Shown: positions 35,771 to 44,976 of the stretch, piece by piece
Layout: the number at the start of each line of letters is the position of its first letter
Numbering within the stretch: position 1 is the first letter of the stretch
Source: Chloroflexota bacterium
GTDB taxonomy: Bacteria > Chloroflexota > Limnocylindria > Limnocylindrales > CSP1-4
NCBI GenBank assembly: GCA_004297395.1
Contig: SCUO01000047.1
Span: 56,575-120,574 of the forward strand
Length of the DNA: 64,000 nt
Direction of reading: 5' to 3'
Made by a program: the position numbers and the translations under genes
The notes under the pieces: generated by a model
The model's database searches: none
Told to the model about the DNA's origin: nothing
The model's input: only the letters and a program-made list of their open reading frames with translations

Positions 35771-35992
35771 CGCGGCGACAACGTGGCTGGCTCGGCGCCC
35801 GGCGTCGAAGGCTCCTCGTCGCGCGTGGTCTGTCACCCAGTGACTGAGGGACTGGTATGGCCCCGGGGCGGCGCGTAGCGGAACCGGGATGCACCCGCCG
35901 ACTACCAGCCGCTCCTCAGCCGGGCCCAAGGCCGCACGCCTCCGAATCTCACGTTCGACGGAGGCGCCAGCCAGTCGCACACGCTGACCGCG
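35771..35992. ncRNA. Long imperfect hairpin with central bubble, candidate 6S-like RNA
   Basis: At least eight nested complementary segments across about 220 nt, with a roughly 13x14-nt internal loop (see findings). Confidence 0.5.
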
Positions 35993-36048
35993 CCGCGCTG
36001 CCAGTCACCAGGCGAATGGCTGCCCGACCTGACGCCGGTGGAATCGGA

Positions 36049-36075
36049 CGAGCCGCGGGACGGACCCGCGGCTCG
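36049..36075 (-). terminator. GC hairpin downstream of pnp
   Basis: CGAGCCGCGGG-acgga-CCCGCGGCTCG, 11-bp perfect stem, no U-tract. Confidence 0.6.
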
Positions 36076-36110
36076 CATCGATCAGGGGCCGCCGAAGACG
36101 GCCTTCGCAC

Positions 36111-38693
36111 TCAGACGGGTTCCTTGGCCAGGTGACGCTGCATCGCGGCCTTGCGCGACAGGTTGACCCGGCCCTGGCGGTCGATCTCGACGACCACGAC
36201 CATGACCTCGTCGCCGACGGACACGACGTCCTCGACGCTCGGCACGTGGTAGTCGGCGAGCTCGCCGATCCGGACGAGGCCCTCCTTGCCGGGCAGGATC
36301 TCGACGAACGCGCCGAAGCCCATGATCCGGGTGACCTTGCCGAGGTACAGGGCGCCGACCTCGACCTCGCGGGTCAGGCTCTCGATCCACTGGATCGCCT
36401 TGCGTGAGTTCTCGCCGCTCACCGCGGCGATCTCGACCGTCCCGTCGTCCTCGACGTTGATCTCGGTCTGGGTTTCCTCCTGGATCTTGCGGATCATGGA
36501 GCCGCCCTTGCCGATGATCTCGCGGATCTTCTCGGGGTTGATCTTGATGGTGATGATCCGCGGCGCGAAGTCGCTCATCGACTCGCGCGCCTGCGGCAGG
36601 ACCTCGGTCATCTTGTCGAGGATCTCGAGGCGGGCCGCCAGGGCCTGCTTCAGGCCGTCGCGAATGATCGCCTCGTTGATGCCCTTGACCTTGATGTCCA
36701 TCTGGAGGGCGGTGATGCCGTCCCTCGTCCCGGTGACCTTGAAGTCCATGTCCCCGACCGCGTCCTCCTTGCCGAGGATGTCGGTCAGGACGACGAAGCG
36801 GCCGTCGGGCTCACTGATGAGGCCCATCGCCGCGCCGGCGACGGGCGCCGAGATCGGCACGCCGGCGTCCATGAGGGCGAGCGTCGAGCCGCAGGTCGAG
36901 GCCATCGAGGTCGAACCGTTGGACGACAGGCACTCGGACACGAGCCGGATGACGTACGGGAAGTCCTCGTTCGTCGGCAGGACGGGGATGAGCGCCCGCT
37001 CGGCCAGGTTGCCGTGGCCGATGTCGCGCCGGCTGGGGCCGCGCATCGGCTTGTTCTCGCCGGTCGAATAGGGCGGGAAGTTGTAGTGGTGGATGTAGCG
37101 CTTCTCGGTCTTGGGGCTGATCGTGTCGATCCGCTGGACGTCCGAGGACGCGCCGAGGGTCGCGATCGTCAGGACCTGGGTCTCGCCCCGGGTGAAGAGC
37201 CCCGAGCCGTGGGCTCGCGGCAGCAGCCCGACGTCGACCGAGATCTGGCGGAGCTCGGTCAGGCCGCGGCCGTCCATCCGGATGCCGTCCTCGAGGGCGA
37301 CCTTGCGGGCCGTCTTCTTGTGGACCAGGTTGAAGAGGCCCTTGCTGACGCGAGCGTCGCGGCGGGCCGCCTCCTGGATGGCCTTGCTGTCGCCGCCCGA
37401 GCGGGTTGCCCGGATGGCGTTCGCGATGCCCTCGCGGAGGGCGTTGATCCGGCCGGGCAGGTCGTTGCCGAACCAGATCAGGAGGTTGGCGGTGGCCTCG
37501 GCGTCCGGCAGGGCCCGATGGGCCTGGGCCAGCTCGATGCCGAAGAAGTTGGACAGGGTCGGGAGCTTGTAGTTCTCGAGGTCCGGGTAGCCCTCGCGGG
37601 CGATCGGCAGGGTGTCGAGGTAGCGGCCGGCCTCGAAGTGGGTGCCGTCGGCGAGGGCGGCCTCGAGGAACGCCAGGTCGAAGCCCACCGAGTGGCCGAC
37701 GACGACGGAGTTGCCGATGAACTTGAGGGCCTGGGCGGCGGCCTCGGCCGGCTTCGGCGCCTTCTTGACGTCGGCATCGGTGATGCCGTGCATCTGCTTG
37801 CCGACGATCGGGCGGCCGGGGTTGACGAGGGTCGACCAGCGGTCGGTGATCTTGCCCTTCTTGACCTTGACCGCGGCGATCTCGACGAGATCGGCCAGCT
37901 TGGGATCCGTGCCGGTCGTCTCGACGTCGACGACGACGAGCTCGTCACCCCGCCCGACGGCGTCGACGAACTCGAGGACCGAGCCGGTGCCGGGCTCGAG
38001 GAACGGCGTGCTCTTTGGCTTGCCGACCGCCTCGCGCAGCTGCTCCTGGATGTCGATGAGCGGCTGGAGGGCTCGATGGCCGAAGAGGATGGCCTCGGCC
38101 ATGACGTCTTCGGGCAGGAGCTTCGCGCCGGCCTCGACCATCATGATCGCGTCGCGGGTGCCTGAGACGATGAGGTCGAGCTCCGAATCGGCGAGCTGGC
38201 TGTAGGTCGGGTTGACCACGAACTCGCCGTCGATCCGGCCGACCCGGACCGCACCAACGGGCCCGGCGAACGGGATCTCGCTGATGGTGAGGGCGGCCGA
38301 CGCGGCGACGGTGCCGAGGACGTCGGGCTCGTTCTCCTGGTCGGTCGAGAGGACCGTGATGACGAGCTGGATGTCGTCCTTGTAGCCCTCGGGGAAGAGC
38401 GGCCGGATGGGCCGATCCGTGAGGCGGGCGGCCAGGGTTGCCGCCTCGGACGCGCGGGCCTCGCGCTTGATGAAGCCGCCCGGGATCTTGCCCGCGGCGT
38501 ACATCCGCTCCTCGAACTCGACGGTGAGCGGGAAGAAGTCGAGTCCCGGCCGCGGATCGGACCGGTTGGCGGTGCCGAGGACCAGGGTGTCACCGTAGCG
38601 AACGGTGACTGCGCCGCCGGCGAGACGGGCGAGCTTGCCGGTCTCGATGGTCAGGGTACGACCGCCGAACTCGGTCTCGAAGATGGTGGACAC
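36111..38693 (-). CDS. pnp: Polyribonucleotide nucleotidyltransferase (PNPase) with inserted DEDDh exonuclease domain
   Basis: DFFPL, GGFIKRE, RRDIGHG, SNGSTSMAS, EDAVGDMDFKV, KH (IIGKGG), S1. Follows rpsO. 860 aa. Confidence 0.98.
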   Translation of the reverse strand: MSTIFETEFGGRTLTIETGKLARLAGGAVTVRYGDTLVLGTANRSDPRPGLDFFPLTVEFEERMYAAGKIPGGFIKREARASEAATLAARLTDRPIRPLFPEGYKDDIQLVITVLSTDQENEPDVLGTVAASAALTISEIPFAGPVGAVRVGRIDGEFVVNPTYSQLADSELDLIVSGTRDAIMMVEAGAKLLPEDVMAEAILFGHRALQPLIDIQEQLREAVGKPKSTPFLEPGTGSVLEFVDAVGRGDELVVVDVETTGTDPKLADLVEIAAVKVKKGKITDRWSTLVNPGRPIVGKQMHGITDADVKKAPKPAEAAAQALKFIGNSVVVGHSVGFDLAFLEAALADGTHFEAGRYLDTLPIAREGYPDLENYKLPTLSNFFGIELAQAHRALPDAEATANLLIWFGNDLPGRINALREGIANAIRATRSGGDSKAIQEAARRDARVSKGLFNLVHKKTARKVALEDGIRMDGRGLTELRQISVDVGLLPRAHGSGLFTRGETQVLTIATLGASSDVQRIDTISPKTEKRYIHHYNFPPYSTGENKPMRGPSRRDIGHGNLAERALIPVLPTNEDFPYVIRLVSECLSSNGSTSMASTCGSTLALMDAGVPISAPVAGAAMGLISEPDGRFVVLTDILGKEDAVGDMDFKVTGTRDGITALQMDIKVKGINEAIIRDGLKQALAARLEILDKMTEVLPQARESMSDFAPRIITIKINPEKIREIIGKGGSMIRKIQEETQTEINVEDDGTVEIAAVSGENSRKAIQWIESLTREVEVGALYLGKVTRIMGFGAFVEILPGKEGLVRIGELADYHVPSVEDVVSVGDEVMVVVVEIDRQGRVNLSRKAAMQRHLAKEPV
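37470..38012 (-). other. In-frame DnaQ-like DEDDh 3'-5' exonuclease domain inside PNPase (about aa 228-408)
   Basis: ExoI DVETTG, HGIT, ExoII GHSVGFD, LDTL, YKL, ExoIII HRALPDA. Confidence 0.92.
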
Positions 38694-38772
38694 GGGGTGC
38701 TGTTCCTCCTGTCGTGGGAGGAGGCGACGAATGGTTCCTGGCCGATCAGCCTGCCGGGAGCCCGATGCGATC

Positions 38773-38795
38773 GACCCCGGGGTGGACCCGGGGTC
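38773..38795 (-). terminator. Hairpin between rpsO and pnp (terminator or processing site)
   Basis: GACCCCGGG-gtgga-CCCGGGGTC, 9-bp stem just after the rpsO stop. Confidence 0.55.
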
Positions 38796-38811
38796 AACGG
38801 TGGCAGCGAGC

Positions 38812-39081
38812 CTAGCGGCGGAGTCCGAGCCGTCCGATGACGGCGCGGTAGCGCGTGTTGTCCTTCTTCACGAGGTAAGCGAGAAGGCGACGGCGCTGGC
38901 CGACGAGCTTGAGGAGGCCGCGACGCGAATGGTTGTCCTTGGGGAAGCTCCGGAGATGCCCCGTCAGGTCCTTGATCCGCTCGGTGAGGAGCGCGACCTG
39001 GACTTCCGGTGAGCCGGTGTCGCCGTCCTTGACGGCAAACCCCGTGATGATCTCCTGCTTCTCTTCCCGCGCGAGCGGCAC
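38812..39081 (-). CDS. rpsO: 30S ribosomal protein S15
   Basis: [33 protein letters not shown]. 89 aa, GGAGG RBS. Confidence 0.98.
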   Translation of the reverse strand: MPLAREEKQEIITGFAVKDGDTGSPEVQVALLTERIKDLTGHLRSFPKDNHSRRGLLKLVGQRRRLLAYLVKKDNTRYRAVIGRLGLRR

Positions 39082-39165
39082 TCGGTCCTCCGACACGAAC
39101 GTGACTGTATGCATTTCCTTCAACTTTGACCGACGGATCCTAGCAGCCAATCGCGGTTCGGGCAA
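39082..39165 (-). promoter_or_regulatory. rpsO promoter and A/T-richer 5' leader
   Basis: TTGCCC (39165-39160), 17 nt, TAGGAT (39142-39137) preceded by TGc. Confidence 0.65.
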
Positions 39166-39191
39166 ACGCCGGGGCCTCTCCCAGCGTTCCC

Positions 39192-40013
39192 TCAGGCCCC
39201 AACCCGACCGCCATCCCTCGCGAACACCAGGCGCAGGCGCCCGTGGATCGGTGCTTCCGTGACCAGGGCCAGGTCGCCGTCCGCTCCGATGACGGCCGTC
39301 GCAGTCAGCGCGCCGGTGGCCCCCTGCCCCTCCACGGTGGCCGGGTATTCCCCGGCGGGCGGGAGCGCTACTGGCATCGGCGCGACGAGGCGGGCGCGGC
39401 CGTCGGGGGCAGGGCTCCCCTCCCCCACGATCGCGTACGGACGACCGAGCAGCCTCGCTGCCCCGGCCAGGTCGCCCGCTGCGATGTCCGAGCGGATCTC
39501 GCCGCTCCGGACGGGCCGGCCGTCGAGATCGAGGCTCGGGATGATCGCGACGTCGTAGCCCATCGTGGCCCCGAGCGCGGCCACGGCCTCCGGGGTTCCG
39601 CGCCGATCGTGGCCGAAGGCCGATTCGGGGGTCATCAGGAAACCCGCGAGCGCCGTCCGGGCAGCGATCCGGCCGATGAAGTCCTCGAACTCGGTCATCC
39701 GGAGGGCGACGTCGAAGTGTTGGACGATGGTGACCTCGACGCCGGCTGCGGCAAGTCGCTCGAGGCGCTCGTCGGGGTCGCACAGCAGCGGCGGGGCGGC
39801 GCCGGTGAGGATCTCGTCGGGGTGGTGATCGAAGGTGATGACCGTCGGCCGAGCCGATCGGCGAGCCGCCTCGGAAACGAGGTGCTCGAGCAGGTAGGCG
39901 TGGCCGAGATGGAGGCCATCGAAGACGCCGACGACCACGAACAGTCGCCCGTGCTCGGCGCCGAGGGCGTCGATCCCTGCCACGACCGCCATCTCGCGCG
40001 CTGCGTCAGGCAT
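39192..40013 (-). CDS. ribF: RibF-like FMN adenylyltransferase with degenerate riboflavin-kinase module
   Basis: [28 protein letters not shown]. Follows truB. No PTAN kinase motif. Confidence 0.85.
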   Translation of the reverse strand: MPDAAREMAVVAGIDALGAEHGRLFVVVGVFDGLHLGHAYLLEHLVSEAARRSARPTVITFDHHPDEILTGAAPPLLCDPDERLERLAAAGVEVTIVQHFDVALRMTEFEDFIGRIAARTALAGFLMTPESAFGHDRRGTPEAVAALGATMGYDVAIIPSLDLDGRPVRSGEIRSDIAAGDLAGAARLLGRPYAIVGEGSPAPDGRARLVAPMPVALPPAGEYPATVEGQGATGALTATAVIGADGDLALVTEAPIHGRLRLVFARDGGRVGA

Positions 40014-41007
40014 CGATGGGGACCTCGTCGGGTTCGGGTTCTCCAACGGCCGAAGCACCCCGGGTGGCGGCGACGGCACCTGGGAGCATCTTCGCCGGCG
40101 CCAGGCGTCGGCCGTCGAGCGCCCCGATGCCCACGATCCGGCCGTCGCCGTCGAGCAGCCGGATCGGCGCGTCCGACGGCAGGCCCGCCAGGCCGGCCGC
40201 GGGCCGGACGAAGCGGCCCATCGCGGCGTCGGTGATCTCCCCGGGCTGCAGCCGGACGGAGGGCATCGCCTCGAGGCCCGCGTCGACGGGGAGCAACAAC
40301 CCGGCGATCGCCGCCGCGCCCTCCGCGCTGGCAGCTCGCAACCCGTCCAGCGGCACGGCATCCTCGAGCCGGAACGGTCCGCTCGAGGTCCGGATGAGCG
40401 CGCCGAGGTAGGCGCCGCTGCCGAGGGCCGCGCCCAGGTCCCGGGCAAGCGCGCGGACGTACGTCCCGGCCGAGCACTCGACGTCGACGATCGCGATCGG
40501 CCGGGCCGGATCGTCGGCGTTCCAGGCGGTGAGCTCCAGGGCGTGGATGACGACCGAGCGCTCGGCGAGCTCCGGGGCCTCGCCGGCGCGGGCCATGGCG
40601 TAGGCGCGCCGGCCGCCGACCTGGATGGCCGAGAACGCCGGCGGCCGCTGCCGGATCTCGCCCCGGAACCCCGCCAGCGCCGATTCCACCGCCACCGAGG
40701 AGAGCGGCGGTCCGTCCACCGGGGTCAGCTCGCCATCGAGGTCATCGGTCGCCGAGGTGGCCCCGAAGCAGATCGTCGCCCGGTAGCCCTTCCGATCGCC
40801 GAGGTGGTACTCCACGAGCCGGGTCGCGCCACCCAGGAAGAGCGGCAGGACGCCGGAGGCGAAGGGGTCGAGGGTCCCGCCATGGCCGATGCGGCGGGTC
40901 CCGGTGAGCCGTCGCGCCAGGGCGACCACGTCATGGGACGTGGGGCCGGGCGGCTTGGCCAGGACGAGGACGCCGTCGAGCCCGGACGCGTCGGTGCGGC
41001 GTGCCAC
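40006..41007 (-). CDS. truB: tRNA pseudouridine(55) synthase
   Basis: GHGGTLDPFASG, PPAFSA, CSAGTYVRALARDLG. Confidence 0.97.
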   Translation of the reverse strand: MARRTDASGLDGVLVLAKPPGPTSHDVVALARRLTGTRRIGHGGTLDPFASGVLPLFLGGATRLVEYHLGDRKGYRATICFGATSATDDLDGELTPVDGPPLSSVAVESALAGFRGEIRQRPPAFSAIQVGGRRAYAMARAGEAPELAERSVVIHALELTAWNADDPARPIAIVDVECSAGTYVRALARDLGAALGSGAYLGALIRTSSGPFRLEDAVPLDGLRAASAEGAAAIAGLLLPVDAGLEAMPSVRLQPGEITDAAMGRFVRPAAGLAGLPSDAPIRLLDGDGRIVGIGALDGRRLAPAKMLPGAVAATRGASAVGEPEPDEVPIDA

Positions 41008-41052
41008 GTTCAGCGAGTCCCGGTCGAGCAGGCCACGGTCAGGCGGCCACGA

Positions 41053-42072
41053 TCAGCGCTGAACGGCGGCCGCGAGCCGCTCCGCTTCCGGCAGGACGAG
41101 CGCGCGCGCCTCTGAGACGGTGGCCTGGAGCGAGGCACCCGCCGCGCGGGCGTGCCCGCCGCCCCCGAACAGCCCGGTCAGGACGGTCGCATCAAACCCG
41201 CCCGGCTTCGTCCGGACGGAGATCCGCGTTGCCGGACCCGCCTCCTTGAACAGGATCGCGACCTCCGCCGCCTCTGACTGGGACAGCAGATCGATGATCC
41301 CCTCGGAGTGGGCGCTCAGGGCGCCCGTCTCGGTCACGTCGGCGGTGAGGAGGGTCGAGTGGATGACCAGGCCGCCGGCCGCCGTCTGCAACCGGTCGAG
41401 GACTCGGCCGAACAGGCGCAGCTGGACGTCCGGCTTGGTGCGATACAGGCGATTCGAGATCTCGGACAGCGGCGCGCCGGCCGCGACGAGGGCCGCCGAA
41501 ACAGCGAGGGTCCGCGGCGTCGCGTTGGGATGGGCGAACGTCGCGGTGTCCATGACGATGCCGGCCATGAGCGCCGTGGCGAGGGCTCCGTCGCCGGCCG
41601 TGAGCGGGACGCCGAGCGCCGCGGCGAGGAGGGTCACGAGCTCGCAGGTCGCTGCCGATCGTGGGTCCACCCAGTCCGCGGGACCGGCGGCGCCGTTCGA
41701 GGCGTGATGGTCGATGACGACCGTCGGCAGGCGGGCCAGGATCTCCGCCTGGCGCTCCCGGAGCTCGCCGACGCGCTCGAGCGAGCCGCAATCGACGAGG
41801 ACGGCGAGGTCGTAGGCCACGCCCGGCTCGGGGTCCGTCCGGAAGGCATCGATCCCCGGCAGGAACGCGTACAGCGGCGGCGGGACGTCCGTGCAGACCA
41901 GTGACGCCCGGCCGCCGCGGGCCTCGATGATCAGGCGCAGGGCGAGGCCGGCCCCGAGGGTGTCCGCGTCGGGGTTCTCGTGGCTCACGACGAGGAGGGA
42001 CCTGGCCTGCCGCAGCTCCGCCACGACGGCGGCCGGCACGGCCTCCAGCCACGGCTCCAGGAAGGTGCTCAT
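41053..42072 (-). CDS. nrnA: DHH/DHHA1 phosphoesterase (NrnA-type nanoRNase/pAp phosphatase)
   Basis: HENPDAD, VDC, IDHH, DTATF, GGGHARAAG. Sits between rbfA and truB. Confidence 0.9.
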   Translation of the reverse strand: MSTFLEPWLEAVPAAVVAELRQARSLLVVSHENPDADTLGAGLALRLIIEARGGRASLVCTDVPPPLYAFLPGIDAFRTDPEPGVAYDLAVLVDCGSLERVGELRERQAEILARLPTVVIDHHASNGAAGPADWVDPRSAATCELVTLLAAALGVPLTAGDGALATALMAGIVMDTATFAHPNATPRTLAVSAALVAAGAPLSEISNRLYRTKPDVQLRLFGRVLDRLQTAAGGLVIHSTLLTADVTETGALSAHSEGIIDLLSQSEAAEVAILFKEAGPATRISVRTKPGGFDATVLTGLFGGGGHARAAGASLQATVSEARALVLPEAERLAAAVQR

Positions 42073-42632
42073 CGGCGGCCCTTGCGCGAGGCCCGCGAGC
42101 CGCCGTCGCGACCCGCTCCCCCGCCGGCATGACCACCGGACTGGCGGGCGCGCTGCCGTCGCGGCGGGCGACGCTCGGACGTCGGCGGCTCCGGGATCGG
42201 CGGCTCGACCGGCGCATCGCCCTCGTGCGGCAGCCGCGCGACCGGGGTGGGCAGGACCTCCTCGGTCGGGCCGTCCTCGGCGCCGGCCGCCGAGCCGGCT
42301 TCGAGCTCGTTGATGAGCCGCAGGACGCGGGTCCCGCGCTCGCTCGTCTCATCGAGCCGGACGTGGAGATCGGGGATCCGCTTGATCCGGAGCCGGACCC
42401 CCAGCTCGTGCCGGATGAACGGCACGGCATGGGCCAGGGCCGCGACCGCCGCGTTCCGCTCCGCGTCCGTCCCGATCACGCTCACCCAGACCTTGGCATG
42501 CCGAAGATCCGGCGTCGTCTCGACATCCGTGATCGTCGCAAACCCGATCCGCGGATCGGCAACCTCCCGGGCAAGCAGCTGCCCGATCTCCTGCCGCAGC
42601 AGCTCATCGACTCGGTCGGTTCGTTGGGTCAT
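42069..42632 (-). CDS. rbfA: Ribosome-binding factor A with long C-terminal tail
   Basis: RTDRVDELLRQEI, DPRIG, DLRHAKVWVS, RIPDL. Confidence 0.96.
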   Translation of the reverse strand: MTQRTDRVDELLRQEIGQLLAREVADPRIGFATITDVETTPDLRHAKVWVSVIGTDAERNAAVAALAHAVPFIRHELGVRLRIKRIPDLHVRLDETSERGTRVLRLINELEAGSAAGAEDGPTEEVLPTPVARLPHEGDAPVEPPIPEPPTSERRPPRRQRARQSGGHAGGGAGRDGGSRASRKGRR

Positions 42633-42771
42633 CTGATTCGGTGTACCGCGTCATCGCCAACGCCGGGCGGCCAGGCGAAGGCGCCGGCGAGCACCGGAGC
42701 GAGCGCACGCGAACGTGCGTGAGCGAGGAGCGCAGCCGGCAACACACGCATCGTCGTCTGGCGTGGCGACC

Positions 42772-44676
42772 CTACGAAGCCAGCGATCGACTAACCATCT
42801 GCGACGTATAGCATTCGATGACGTCGCCCTCCTGGAGGTCGTTGAAGCCTGCCAGCGCGATCCCGCACTCGAAGCCCGTGGCGACCTCGCGGACGTCGTC
42901 CCGGAAGCGCCGCAGGGACTCGATCCGGTCCGTGGCGACGACCTTGCCGCCCCGCCAGACGCGGGCACCGCCGCGGACGATCCGCCCGTCGGTGACGTAG
43001 GAACCGGCGATGACCTGGCTCTTGCCGACCTTGATGATCTGGCGAACCTCGGCCCGGCCCTCGATGACCTCGACGAGCTCCGGCTCGAGGAGCCCGGACA
43101 GGGCCTTCTCGATGTCGTCCGTCAGCTGGTAGATGATGTCGTAGAGGCGGACGTCGACCTTCTCGGTCTCGGCGGCACGGCGGGCCGTGTCGCTGATCCG
43201 GGTGTTGAAGCCGACGACGATCGCGTTCGAGGCCGAGGCCAGCAGGATGTCGTTGTCGGTGATCTCGCCGGCGCCCTCGTGGAGGACGTTGATCTTGACC
43301 TCGTCCGTGGCCAGCTGGCCGAGGGCGTGGGTGATCGCCCCGAGCGAGCCCGAGACGTCGGCCTTGAGGATGATCCGGAGCTCCTTGGCCTGGCCGGCCT
43401 GGATCTGCTTGTAGAGGTCCTCGAGGGTCGCCCTGCCACTCCCCTCGCCGCCCTTCGACGCGATCTGGGCGCTGCGCGCCTCGACCATGGCCCGGGCTTC
43501 CTTCTCGTCGGCCACGACCCGCAGGATGTCGCCGGCCTCGGGCACCTCGGACAGACCCAGGACGACCGCGGCGGTCGCGGGACCGGCCTTGGGGATCCGC
43601 TTGCCGGTCTCGTTCTCGAGGGCCCGGACACGACCGAACGTCTCGCCGACGACGATGACGTCGCCGACCCGGAGCGTGCCGGTCTGGACGAGGGCGGTCG
43701 CCACGGCGCCGCGGCTCTTGTCCATGCGGGCCTCGACGATCGTGCCGATCGCGGAGCGCTTGGGGTTGGCCTTGAGGTCCTGGAGGTCGGCCACGAGGAG
43801 GACCATCTCGACGAGATCGTCGAGGCCCATCCGGCTCTTCGCCGAGACGGGCACGAGCGGGGTGTCGCCGCCGTACTCCTCGACGACGACACCGGCCTCG
43901 GTCAGCTCGGTCTTGACGCGATCCGGGTTCGCGTCGGGCTTGTCCATCTTGTTGAGGGCGATGATGATCGGCACCTTCGCCGCCTTGGCGTGGCTGATCG
44001 CCTCGAGCGTCTGGGGCATGACCCCGTCGTCGGCGGCGACGACCACGATCGCGATGTCGGTGACCCTGGCGCCGCGGGCCCGCATCGCGGTGAACGCCTC
44101 GTGGCCCGGGGTGTCGAGGAAGACGACCCGCCGGCCATCCTTGGTGACCTCGCTGGCACCGATGTGCTGGGTGATCCCGCCGCGCTCGCCGGCTGCGACG
44201 GTCGTCGAGCGGATCGCGTCGAGGAGGCTCGTCTTGCCGTGGTCGACGTGGCCCATGACGGTCACGATCGGCGCACGGGTCACCAGGTCGGCGTCGTCGA
44301 CCTCGGTGAAGAGCTCCTCCTTGGATGCTTCGGAGACGGCGCCGTCGGCGCCATCCTCGGCGCCGTCGCCGCCCGCGGCGGCAACGGGCTCGGCGACCTC
44401 GTAGCCGAGCTCGCCGGCGACGAGGGCCGCGGTGTCGCGGTCGATCAGCTGGTTGATCGTGGCGAAGATCCCGCTCTTGATGAGCTCGCGGATGACGTCC
44501 GCGGGATTGACGCCGAACAGGTCGGCCAGCTCCTTGACGGTGATCGTCGCGGGCAGCTCGATCGCGCCGCGCTCGCGCGGATCGATCGTCTGGACGCTCG
44601 CACCGAACGCGCCTTCGCGACGCGGCGGCTTGCGGGGCCCGCGACGGCCGCGGGTGCCGCTCCTACTCCTGGCCAC
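42772..44676 (-). CDS. infB: Translation initiation factor IF-2
   Basis: [25 protein letters not shown]. Compact 634 aa. Confidence 0.98.
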   Translation of the reverse strand: MARSRSGTRGRRGPRKPPRREGAFGASVQTIDPRERGAIELPATITVKELADLFGVNPADVIRELIKSGIFATINQLIDRDTAALVAGELGYEVAEPVAAAGGDGAEDGADGAVSEASKEELFTEVDDADLVTRAPIVTVMGHVDHGKTSLLDAIRSTTVAAGERGGITQHIGASEVTKDGRRVVFLDTPGHEAFTAMRARGARVTDIAIVVVAADDGVMPQTLEAISHAKAAKVPIIIALNKMDKPDANPDRVKTELTEAGVVVEEYGGDTPLVPVSAKSRMGLDDLVEMVLLVADLQDLKANPKRSAIGTIVEARMDKSRGAVATALVQTGTLRVGDVIVVGETFGRVRALENETGKRIPKAGPATAAVVLGLSEVPEAGDILRVVADEKEARAMVEARSAQIASKGGEGSGRATLEDLYKQIQAGQAKELRIILKADVSGSLGAITHALGQLATDEVKINVLHEGAGEITDNDILLASASNAIVVGFNTRISDTARRAAETEKVDVRLYDIIYQLTDDIEKALSGLLEPELVEVIEGRAEVRQIIKVGKSQVIAGSYVTDGRIVRGGARVWRGGKVVATDRIESLRRFRDDVREVATGFECGIALAGFNDLQEGDVIECYTSQMVSRSLAS

Positions 44677-44962
44677 GGGTCCCTCCTCCGATGGTGTCGG
44701 TCGTGACGGTCTCGACGAGCTCCTCCTGGAGCCCTGCCGGGACCGGGGTTTCGAGGGCCCTGGAGAGGGCTCCTCGGCGAATGGCGTTGGTGATGCAGTC
44801 GAGGTCGCGACAGACGTAGGCGCCGCGGCCGGGGAGCCGGCCCGTCGGGTCCGCGGCGACTCCGCCGCCCGGGGCGCGGACGATCCGGAGGAGCTCGCGC
44901 TTGTCGCGGGTCGTTCGGCAGGCCACGCACGAGCGCGTCGCCGGCCGGCGCGCCGGACGCAC
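44663..44962 (-). CDS. ylxR: YlxR/RnpM family RNA-binding protein
   Basis: RSCVACR, ELLRIVR, GRGAYVC. Between nusA and infB. Confidence 0.93.
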   Translation of the reverse strand: MRPARRPATRSCVACRTTRDKRELLRIVRAPGGGVAADPTGRLPGRGAYVCRDLDCITNAIRRGALSRALETPVPAGLQEELVETVTTDTIGGGTRGQE

Positions 44963-44976
44963 GACCGCAGCCGGGG

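Noticed and set aside
37470..38012. PNPase insert as an intein or mobile intron
   Set aside because: No intein splice motifs (no C-terminal His-Asn before Cys/Ser/Thr) and no homing-endonuclease motif. The frame is continuous and the insert is a compact DEDDh domain.
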